A stretch of DNA of 40,007 bases. Source: Saprolegnia diclina VS20. Its lineage: Eukaryota. The notes under the pieces were generated by a model. It worked only from the letters and a program-made list of their open reading frames with translations, made no database searches and had not been told where the DNA came from. The stretch is from contig NW_008246171.1 in assembly GCF_000281045.1 (NCBI RefSeq), positions 86,342-126,348 on the forward strand, in the 5' to 3' direction. The position numbers were made by a program, and so were the translations under genes. The first letter of the stretch is position 1; the number at the start of each line of letters is the position of its first letter. Shown piece by piece: positions 22,768 to 31,728 of this stretch.

Positions 22768-23310
22768 ATGCTGGCAACGACAACGACGATCGAGGTGCCT
22801 TTGAGCTACGCTTCTTCCTCGTCCTTGCTCTCCCCGGCGTCTGCGATTTACGCCAAGAAGACCATTATGAACACTACGACCTTTGCCGGCAGCAATGCGT
22901 CGCATGGCCGCTGCAAGTACAAGAGCGGCCGCTGCATGAACGAGCGGACGATCAAGGAGAACGGCGAGCCCCACACGCTCTGCGAAGAGCACCGCCTCTT
23001 GCACAACAAGAACCAGCGCAAGTCGGACACCAAGCGCCGACGACTTCGCCGCGCGCTCCGCAACGAGCCGCACATCGCGACCATGGTGTCGCCGGTGCGC
23101 AGTGCATCCATGGACGACAGCGACGACGCGCTCTCATCGATTCTGTGCTCGTCGCCCGATGACGACGACGAGAGCGTCTGGTGGTCGCAACTGCCATCGA
23201 TCGCGCCGATCACTTGGACGAGCCTGCCCGAGCCCTGGACGCAAGAAGAGCTCCACATTCTGTCTGTGCTCCTCGACTTGCCGCTAGACCACCGCTTCAA
23301 CGCTGTATAA
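22768..23310 (+). CDS. Small protein with a Cys/His (C-x6-C...H-x2-C-x2-H) basic domain and acidic tail; putative oomycete transcription regulator
   Basis: CKYKSGRCMNERTIKENGEPHTLCEEHRLLHNKNQRKSDTKRRR followed by acidic/Trp-rich segments. An Inr-like TCACTTTTCAATT lies directly upstream of ATG 22768; ATG 22867 is an alternative start. Confidence 0.78.
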   Translation: MLATTTTIEVPLSYASSSSLLSPASAIYAKKTIMNTTTFAGSNASHGRCKYKSGRCMNERTIKENGEPHTLCEEHRLLHNKNQRKSDTKRRRLRRALRNEPHIATMVSPVRSASMDDSDDALSSILCSSPDDDDESVWWSQLPSIAPITWTSLPEPWTQEELHILSVLLDLPLDHRFNAV

Positions 23311-23930
23311 ATTAGATCCACCTCGCGATACATTATTGATGTTTAAACTAAGAACTCGTGCGTCCACTACGTCGTCCCTTTGATACCGTTTTGATGATGG
23401 GTGCAAAATCGACTAGCAAGTTCTAACATAAACCTGCGCACGAATATTGGGTTACGAAGCACAAATAGGGTAGCCACCCCATCATATTTGCCTGATCGTA
23501 GCTCTGATCGCGAGCTCGGGTTCTGAAACGAGATCGAAGGCAGCTCACGCTTCGGTGGGCGAGAGCGAAACACTGCTGTTTTGGTTTAGTGGCCAGGGGA
23601 CAATCTAATATATGCGCCTCCTGAGTCCGACTCACGAGTGGTGCCAGCGTGGAGGTGCGCAATCGAAGCAGAGAAAGCGGCGGCCGAGTGGGCAAAGTAG
23701 CTTGTAGGATAATGTCGCCACTTGATCGAACCGTCCATACTGGCGCCATTTTGACAAGGCAAAGTCGGACTGGACACGAGGTGAGAGGAAGCGATGGCCA
23801 GACAGGTAGCCGAGAGCTGTAGCCGAGTGGTCTGCACATGCGACTGGGTGCATGGTTGATATCTGATGTGCCAACTTGGGAACCTCCGAGATCGCATAGA
23901 TCAAGCCTGCAGCACTTGATATTCACAGCC

Positions 23931-24235
23931 ATGGCCGAGAAGCGCGGCCTCTGGACGGAGCATGTCGACGCAGCGACGGGGGTAATGCGATGGGGAGCGG
24001 GATAAGGCGCGACTGACGTCATGCATAGCGCACGTTCTACTACAACGTCGCATATGGCCGCAGCTTCTGGACGCTACCGGACGACTGCGCCGTGGTCCGA
24101 CCACGGCAGGCTCCCGCCGAGCCCGACGACAATGCGATGGACACGATTAGCAAGGAGGCGACGAGCCTCACCGAGCGCATCAAACTCGCCCTCGAGAAGA
24201 AGGCAAATGCGTCCTCGACAGAGCCCACTGCGTAG
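23931..24235 (+). CDS. WW-domain microprotein (85 aa), intron 23982-24028
   Basis: Spliced product MAEKRGLWTEHVDAATG/RTFYYNVAYGRSFWTLPDD... has the WW consensus W..H.D..TGR.FYYN...G.S.W..P. Intron is GTAATG...CTGAC...TAG, 47 nt. Confidence 0.85.
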
Positions 24236-24263
24236 CACGTTCGTGTTGGTGTTAGTTAGTCGA

Positions 24264-24586
24264 TTAATCCTCTTCGCGCGCAAGTAAACTACTACCGGTT
24301 TGACGTCGCTTGGGATTCTCCTACAAAGACGATGACGTCGTGCGCCAGCGAGATCGAGGCGCCATGGGCGAAATACCTTGTACTGCTTGAGGCGCTCGTC
24401 AAAGGACGCGGGCTTGGACGCGGGTGGCGGCGACGTCGGCGGGTTCAAGTCCAGGAGCTCGCGCACGAGCTTCATCTTGGAGAGCATGAGCTTCCAGACG
24501 ACGACCCATCCGAGCGCGAGGGTGACGAGGACGATGCAGATCGCGCCGACAAAGTACATGGCCCGGATCACGACCGCGCCGTCCAT
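24264..24586 (-). CDS. Small integral membrane protein 13-like (SMIM13/DUF4750-like), intron 24321-24376
   Basis: TM followed by LGWVVVWKLMLSKMKLVRELL resembles the SMIM13 motif (GWYFVWHLFLSKFKFLRELV). A GTATTT...TGTAG intron gives the C-terminus ENPKRRQTGSSLLAREED*. Confidence 0.72.
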
Positions 24587-25368
24587 CCTGCTGCACTTTC
24601 TCTTAGAAATGCGTGCGATTGGCAGAAATGCTAGCATTTACGCGCGCGGATTGGCCATGCATTGCGTGCGCGCTGCCGATTGGCCAAAACGATGTGCGTA
24701 TTTCGCTCCCGAGAAATTCGGGAAATTTGTGAATTGCGTGCATTTCAACCATTGCCACAAATTACTCATCGACAAATAGTAGGCACGTAGAGACGCGGAG
24801 AGTGGCGTTGCGAGCGCACGCCAGGTCGCCGCGTACGGCGTCCCCACATGGTTCGCGGCGACGTCGTTGGCGGCGTGAGGACTGAGCCATTGAGCCGTTG
24901 ATGGTACACCCGTGGCGTGCCACGTCAGTGCCCCCCACCGTTGCATTGACGAGGGTCCAGCGCATGAAAGAACTTCCTCTACCGTTTGTGCCATGACCTT
25001 GAACTTGATTCATTCAGAGTGTAGAGGACGAAGTGGTTTGTTCGAGTATATCCGAGCATTGCTCGCGCCATGTCGTAAGCGCTGCTGAATACCTTGCCGA
25101 GCGACGTTTGCCGATCCTACGCGTCTGCAATGCACGCTGCGGCGCTACGCGTTGCAACTGCATTACGAGAGCTTATCGCGGTGGCAGGACCCCGCTTCAT
25201 GGCATTACGTGGCGCCTGCTTGCGTTCGTAGCGCGGAGCCAAAGGGTTTTCGCACTTGATTGGGCGACAGCGTAATATTCTGCGTTTCTCGCAAGACCAT
25301 TGGTGCATTTCGCTTGGAGCCATCTCATTGGCCAAAACGCGACGTCGACCAAAGCTGGCAGCCGAAGG

Positions 25369-25962
25369 ATGGACGTCCAGGAGATGCTCGAGATGGTGCA
25401 GGTGAACCATCAGGCGGCCTTGGACGCGCTTGCAGCACAAGTCGAGACGCTGCGCGAGACTGTCCAGCTCCAACAGCTCGAGCTCCAACAGCAGCGGGAG
25501 GCGCACGAGCAGGCTGTCGCGACCCTCGAGAACGACGCAACCAACCTGCGGCAGCTCCTTCAGCAAACACAGGCGGAGAACCAAGAGCTCAGCGCAACGG
25601 TGCATCTTCTCAACGACGAGCTTAATGTCAAGTCGACTGCAAAGCGCCTGCCGCCGACACCAAGCGAGCCCGAGACGCCCGTTCCGTCCTACGAGAGGGA
25701 GGTCCCCGCCTACGACAACAGCGCCGCGAGCCACACGAGCATGGACACGTCCATGGACTTTAGCTACCCGGCGCTCTGGGACCAGCCACAAGAGACCATG
25801 GCGCCCCTGCACGTATACAACATGTATCAGAACGACCGTTCGGCACGGCCGCCCAAGCTGGCCGGCTTCAAGGAGCCTCCTGCCCACGACAGCAACTCGC
25901 GCCTCGAACACGAACTCCGGCGCTTGCGTGAAAAGCTCGGAGCCTGCTCGACAGCGCTGTGA
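25369..25962 (+). CDS. Coiled-coil hypothetical protein (197 aa)
   Basis: Q/E/L-rich heptad N-terminal half, Pro/Ser linker and short C-terminal coil. Several ATTGG (CCAAT) motifs lie upstream of ATG 25369. Confidence 0.78.
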   Translation: MDVQEMLEMVQVNHQAALDALAAQVETLRETVQLQQLELQQQREAHEQAVATLENDATNLRQLLQQTQAENQELSATVHLLNDELNVKSTAKRLPPTPSEPETPVPSYEREVPAYDNSAASHTSMDTSMDFSYPALWDQPQETMAPLHVYNMYQNDRSARPPKLAGFKEPPAHDSNSRLEHELRRLREKLGACSTAL

Positions 25963-26136
25963 GCGAACTAACGTCCGTGTTATTTATGCAAGCCCGGTGA
26001 CGTCAACGACTGCCCCGCCCACGCCTCGAGGTCTTGACGTGCATTTGTCAAGTGTCAATTTAGCAATTTTGTTGGACGTCTTGTTATGGGATGCGCTGTC
26101 TTGATATCAAACGGGTCACTTGGCCTAGTCGTTAGC

Positions 26137-26952
26137 TTACACAGTGACGTCTTGCGGCGAGTCGCTGCCATCGCCGGCTTCCTCTTCGTCGCTTTCGGAC
26201 GCAGCTGTGAACACTCGGTGGGCAAGCTCGAGGGCCGAGAGCATGGCAGGGACCCCGATGACGGGCGCGGCCGTGAGGATCACGTGCACGATATCGAGGC
26301 GAGGCACGTTGTTGGAGAGCGCGGCCGAGATCTGCATCTCAAACATGCTCGCGTTCATGTGCGGCTGGCCCATGAGCATGGCGAGCGAGCACAATGCTTG
26401 GCAGCGCGGCTCGAGCGGCGGCCCGGCCAGCACCTGCTGCGAGTACGAGTCGGCGAGCGCGTGCAAATGCCGGGGCACGGGGACGTCAAAGAGCTGCTTC
26501 CACATGTACGGCGGCTCGGAGAGATTGACAGTGACGTGCTTGAGCGCGGTCATCTTGGCGCCGGTCGTCGTCTGGCGCAGGCGCGCGACATTCTCGGGCA
26601 AAAAGAAGGCGACCTTCTCACGGTGCGAGAGGCGCTCGTACGCCGTGTACAGCGTCAAGTGCTGGCGCTGGTGGTGCTTGTGGTAGAGCTCGGCGCGGTA
26701 CGGCGGCCGCCAGTACTTTACGTTCTTGGTCGCCTCGCGCAGGCGCTTCTCGGGCTCGAGGATCTCGCGGCCAAAGTGGACGCAGAAGAGACACTGCACC
26801 TTGAGCACCGGCGGGTCCGACATGGGCCGCACGCCGAACTGCAGGCCGTGCTCGGGACGGTATTGCGACTTGCGCTTCGCGGCCTTCTTGTCCGGCGCGC
26901 TGTCATCCGACGTGGCAAACGCGACGCCTGGCTCGTCGCCTGGAGTTGCCAT
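26137..26952 (-). CDS. Fusion of a C2H2/BED-like zinc-finger domain and a carboxymuconolactone decarboxylase (CMD/AhpD)-like domain
   Basis: N-terminal VQCLFCVHFGRE...KNVKYWRPPYRAELYHKHHQRQH...YERLSHREKVAFF. C-terminal PLEPRCQALCSLAML...QISAALSNNVPRLDIVHVILTAAPVIGVPAMLSAL resembles CMD helical hairpins. AGCCAATCAG upstream at ~27041. Confidence 0.7.
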   Translation of the reverse strand: MATPGDEPGVAFATSDDSAPDKKAAKRKSQYRPEHGLQFGVRPMSDPPVLKVQCLFCVHFGREILEPEKRLREATKNVKYWRPPYRAELYHKHHQRQHLTLYTAYERLSHREKVAFFLPENVARLRQTTTGAKMTALKHVTVNLSEPPYMWKQLFDVPVPRHLHALADSYSQQVLAGPPLEPRCQALCSLAMLMGQPHMNASMFEMQISAALSNNVPRLDIVHVILTAAPVIGVPAMLSALELAHRVFTAASESDEEEAGDGSDSPQDVTV

Positions 26953-27228
26953 CGCCACAAATAATCGCCCTTATTTGTGGCACCACCCATTCCACCGAGT
27001 GCTTTTTAACATACAGACATTAAATAATGCTTGTCAAATTAGCCAATCAGGAAGGCGATACGTGGCACGTCGCCAAGCCGAGCGTTCGCTTCAGTTCTGC
27101 ATCTTGGTGCCAAGATTCAAGATATGACCTTATCGATATTATTTCCCATTGCAGCTTCAGAATGACACTTCCAGCGATAGTAGGTTCCTTGGGCCAAGGG
27201 CATTATCTGGAGAGCGGTTTCGCAACCC

Positions 27229-27688
27229 NNNNNNNNNNNNNNNNNNNNNNNNNNNNNNNNNNNNNNNNNNNNNNNNNNNNNNNNNNNNNNNNNNNNNNNN
27301 NNNNNNNNNNNNNNNNNNNNNNNNNNNNNNNNNNNNNNNNNNNNNNNNNNNNNNNNNNNNNNNNNNNNNNNNNNNNNNNNNNNNNNNNNNNNNNNNNNNN
27401 NNNNNNNNNNNNNNNNNNNNNNNNNNNNNNNNNNNNNNNNNNNNNNNNNNNNNNNNNNNNNNNNNNNNNNNNNNNNNNNNNNNNNNNNNNNNNNNNNNNN
27501 NNNNNNNNNNNNNNNNNNNNNNNNNNNNNNNNNNNNNNNNNNNNNNNNNNNNNNNNNNNNNNNNNNNNNNNNNNNNNNNNNNNNNNNNNNNNNNNNNNNN
27601 NNNNNNNNNNNNNNNNNNNNNNNNNNNNNNNNNNNNNNNNNNNNNNNNNNNNNNNNNNNNNNNNNNNNNNNNNNNNNNNNNNNNNNNN
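27229..27688. other. Assembly gap (460 N)
   Basis: Run of N. Confidence 0.99.
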
Positions 27689-28869
27689 GTGTTTGTGGCG
27701 ACCCCCACAAAGGAGAGCCAAAGGATGAGGACGTAAAAGTACGCGTTGCGGCAGACATTCCACGTGACACAGAGGACCGGGATCGCCGTGACGACGATGC
27801 TGCCGAGGGTCGTGATGAAGACGACCTTGCGCCAGTTCCAGCCCATGCCCTTGAAGAAGATGACAATCAACGTCGGGGTAAATGGAACGCGCTGAACGAC
27901 ATTGGTCCACACAAAATCGAGGTTGGTGACCCAATTCATCACCGACGGTCCCGACGTGCTCTGAAAGACGCTCGTGAGCAAGCGAAACGATAGGAGCTGG
28001 TAGACTGCGCGCGTTTGTAGCAGTGACCAGAGTTGGCGCCACCAGTTGAAACACTCTTCGATTGGGCTGAGCGTGTCTTCGAAGCGCAAGGCCGTCGCGA
28101 CACAACCCAGGAGACCAAGACCAAAGAGAATGCCGTATGCAACGTGAGGCCCCGCCGAGTAGTCGTAATTGCCGCCGTAGCGCTTTTCGTTGAAGCCAAA
28201 CTGCAGCAAAACACGAGTCAGCACCGCACCGATACCGCTAACGAGTACAGCGACCGTCTGGAATTGGCCGCGAATATCGACCGGCTCCCGGTGGGCGATC
28301 TCGACCATGGCGCCGTCGAGCGTCGTTTGCACCATGACCATGCCGACCGCCGAAAAGAACGTGGGAACACGGTACCAGCGCACGCGACTGGGCGCCGACA
28401 AGTCGTAGATCTGGCTTTTCGCGTTGGTGGGCGCTGTGCGCATGCACCCGGGATTGACATTGGGATCACAGTACGGCGGGCCAAAGTCCGAGAACGCCAT
28501 CACAGCGACACTTGTAGTCGTGATGATCCACCCCATTAGCAGCCAGAGCTTGCGCCGGTAGCCGCCGAGTTTGATGGTATCTGAGCACATGGCACAAGCC
28601 ACGCGCAGCGACCATGCAATGGCTTGCAGTGACGTTAGTTGCGCGACGGTGGGTGGCGCGCCGTGCAGGTACAAGGCAAAAATGGACGTATTGAGCGGTG
28701 CAGCAATCGTCTGAAAGAAGCTGGCGAGGATCGTGAGCCGGTAAAAGGTGATGGCTGTCGGTGATCTGAGTGGGACGGCGCCACCGGGTGCGATGGCCGT
28801 CGCGGGGTCGGCGTCACCAATAGGCTTGTAGTTGGCTTCGATATCGGCGGTGCAATTGTGGAGGCTCAT
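27689..28869 (-). CDS. Folate-biopterin transporter (BT1/MFS)-like paralogue 1; 3' end lies in the gap
   Basis: AIAPGGAVPL, AWSLRV...SDTIKLGGYRRKLWLLMGW, PYCDP, DGAMVEIAHREP..IRGQFQ, WNWRK, CRNAYFY. The missing C-terminus (~130 aa in paralogues) would fit in the 460-N gap. Confidence 0.82.
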
Positions 28870-29487
28870 GTGTGCTGAAGAGAGCGAATCGCAGAATGAT
28901 CTTTTGCAAGCTCCCAGCTCAATCTTCATCCCACTTTAGGAGGATGATGCTTTGGTCATTTTGGCATGGGCGGAAGAAAACGATGGGATTGCAAACCTGG
29001 TACGTTAAACAGGCTAAAATGTGTGTTCTATGTCTTTTCGTGCGCGTTTAAATGGAATTACTTGTCGTAGGGACCGTTGTACTTCAATTTCGTTTACGGC
29101 CAGCATGCAAAGTGGCATACGAGTGAAAAAAAGATAATGCCACCCGCGACAAGGCGTCAACAAAGTGCGGCGGCTACAAAGGCACCCGTCACATCGACCT
29201 ATCTATACGTGGCAGCACGAGCTGCGGGCTCTAATTTTAGGCATGACGTGGCAGAGCCACGAATCAATGCCGAGCTGCAGGTTTCAAACGCACTGGCATG
29301 TAGCTGTAGTTGACTCGCTTCACGTCTCTTCCGACCACACGTCATATTCGCTCTCTGCAGCAAACGACGTGCTTGTTCTATACTTCACCAGATCGATCTG
29401 TTCTGAAGGACAGACACCCACAGTGCAAGATATTCATGTTGTATTGTCGTCGATACTTGTAATCGAATTCGTTTAAATAACTAAGAT

Positions 29488-31041
29488 TTAGTAGTCTTTT
29501 AGGTTTTGCTGCCACGCAAACACCAACAATGCAAAGTACGCCACGACCACGACCACCGCGGCCAAGACCGAGAGCTCGCCGCGCGCCTTCATCTCGAGCA
29601 ACGGCTTGCGCTGCGCCGGTAGGAGTACGATGAACGCAAGTCCCGCGACTTGAATGCTGAGACAGACGATCCAGTTGTACCCGACTTGGTTCTGCGTGTG
29701 GTTGTCGTTGAGCAGCGCCAGGTTGGCAGGAAACGACTCGGCCATGTAGGCGCGCCAGCGAGCCGTGATGGGCACGACGAGATCCTTGATGGTGGCGTAG
29801 ATGGCGGCGGTCGTGGCTTCGTGGCCGGGGGTCGCGACCTCGACCATGGCCCAGCCGGGCATGAGCGTGTTCATACCGAGTGCGATCGAGGCCGGCGCGA
29901 TGACGATGATGTAAAAGTAGTCGTTGCGGCAGACGTCGTAAATGACAAAAAAGGTTGCGATCGAAGTCACAATGATGCTGCCGAGGGTCGTGATGAAGAC
30001 GGCCTTGCGCCAGTTCCAGCCCATGCCCTTCTTGAGCGTAATGATCATCGTGGGCACATACGGGATGCGAGGGATGACGTTGGCCCACGCAAGGTCGAGG
30101 TTGGTGACCCACGTCATCACCGACGGTCCCGTCGGGCTCTGAAAGACGCTCGTGAGCAAGCGAAACGATAGGAGCTGGTACAGCGCACGCGTCTGCAGCA
30201 GCGTCCAAAGCTGACGGCACCAGTTGGGAAGGCCCTGGATCGGGTTGTGGGTGTCTCGAAAGACGCTGATCGTGAGGACAATGGCGACGAGTCCGAGGCC
30301 AAACGCAATGTAGAACGGCGCGTTGGGGCCCGCGGACCAGTCGTAGCCGCCGCCATAGCGCTTGGCGCTGAGGCAAAAGAGCATGAAGAAGCGCGCGAGG
30401 ACGCCGCCGATGCCCGAGATGAAGTACGTGAGCGTCTGGAACGTCCCCCGAACGCTGATCGGCTCGCGCTGGGCAATTTCGACGAGGACGCCATCAAGGT
30501 TCGCTTGCACGAGAACAACGCCGAGCATCGCAAAGAACGTCGGTGCCCGGTACCAGGCGACGCGGCTCGGCGCCGAGACATCGTAAGCCGTTTTCGTCGT
30601 GTTGGCCTTGGGGTTCCAGCAGCTTGGGTACTCCTTTGGGTCGCAGAACGGCGCGCCAAAGTCCGAGAAGGCGATGCACCCGACGCTGGCGACGCAGACG
30701 ATCCAGCCCACAAGCAGCCAGAGCTTGCGCCGGTAGCCGCCGACTTGGATCGCGTCCGAGAGGAAGGCGAAGAGCACACGGAGCGTCCACGCAATCGCTT
30801 GGAGCGAGGCAAACTGCGCGACGGTCGGCACGGCGCCGTGGAGGTACGCGCCAAAGACTGACGCGTTGAGCGGTGGCGCCACGGTCTGGAAAAAGGTCGA
30901 GACGACCGAGAGGACAAAGAACGTGATCGCTGTCGTCGACTTGAGTGGGACGGCGCCACCGGGCGCGAGGGCGGTCGACGGGTCGCTGTCGCCAAGTGGC
31001 TTGTAGTGCGCTTCAAGGTCCGGCTGCTGCTGAAGGTCCAT
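29488..31041 (-). CDS. Folate-biopterin transporter (BT1/MFS)-like paralogue 2
   Basis: Same motifs (SDAIQVGGYRRK, DGVLVEIAQREP, GHEATTAA). Start placed at ATG 31041 because an Inr/FPR element lies at 31049-31065. Confidence 0.88.
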   Translation of the reverse strand: MDLQQQPDLEAHYKPLGDSDPSTALAPGGAVPLKSTTAITFFVLSVVSTFFQTVAPPLNASVFGAYLHGAVPTVAQFASLQAIAWTLRVLFAFLSDAIQVGGYRRKLWLLVGWIVCVASVGCIAFSDFGAPFCDPKEYPSCWNPKANTTKTAYDVSAPSRVAWYRAPTFFAMLGVVLVQANLDGVLVEIAQREPISVRGTFQTLTYFISGIGGVLARFFMLFCLSAKRYGGGYDWSAGPNAPFYIAFGLGLVAIVLTISVFRDTHNPIQGLPNWCRQLWTLLQTRALYQLLSFRLLTSVFQSPTGPSVMTWVTNLDLAWANVIPRIPYVPTMIITLKKGMGWNWRKAVFITTLGSIIVTSIATFFVIYDVCRNDYFYIIVIAPASIALGMNTLMPGWAMVEVATPGHEATTAAIYATIKDLVVPITARWRAYMAESFPANLALLNDNHTQNQVGYNWIVCLSIQVAGLAFIVLLPAQRKPLLEMKARGELSVLAAVVVVVAYFALLVFAWQQNLKDY

Positions 31042-31048
31042 GCTGCAA

Positions 31049-31065
31049 GGCAAATCGAGAAATGA
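31049..31065 (-). promoter_or_regulatory. Oomycete Inr+FPR core promoter
   Basis: TCATTTCTCGATTTGCC on the minus strand, just upstream of ATG 31041. Confidence 0.65.
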
Positions 31066-31728
31066 TTCGCTTGGAGGTGTAAGCTTAGTCGAAGTGGAAC
31101 CATCCTCGGACTGTTCCTCGACCATCATCATATTTGGGAACCGTCATCGATGATGCTGCCACCGCTCAGTCGCGTCCAGGTCAAACCATTTTACTCCATG
31201 TCGAAGCGACGTTTAACGCGAAGAATGTTGGTTAAAACACACAAAAACGGCGACAGGTGTGTGTTTAAACAGCTTGGAGCCAGTGACGTGAGCTGCACTT
31301 CAAGCACGATTACGACTCAGGTCACCAGTGATGATCACATCACGGTACATGAGGACTCGAGTCATTCTTTTGGTCTAGTAGCTGGTGCTGATACTAGTCG
31401 AAAACAAAGTAGCAAAGCCTATTTGCATGTATTAACGCTAGATAGTCGCCGTTCTTGTAGGTGGGATGTGTGAGGACTATCTGGGCTACTCGAAGGTTAT
31501 GACGTGGCAGCCCCGCAACGCGCCGTTTCGACTTTACCATTCGATTGGACGGGACCGGCTCTTGGCAGCGACTCTACCACCCGGCAGCGCTGCCTTTTGC
31601 CGAGGTAGCCGTCAAAGCTTCAAGCACCATGGTGCAGAACCATGCGTGAACACAAGAGCACAGAGCACCACCGTATCATTGGTGCAAGGTTCTGTATTAT
31701 GCATAGTTTAGTGTATAGAAACGTTCGC

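Noticed and set aside
27027..28105. ORFs spanning the N run
   Set aside because: Artefacts of translating through the assembly gap.
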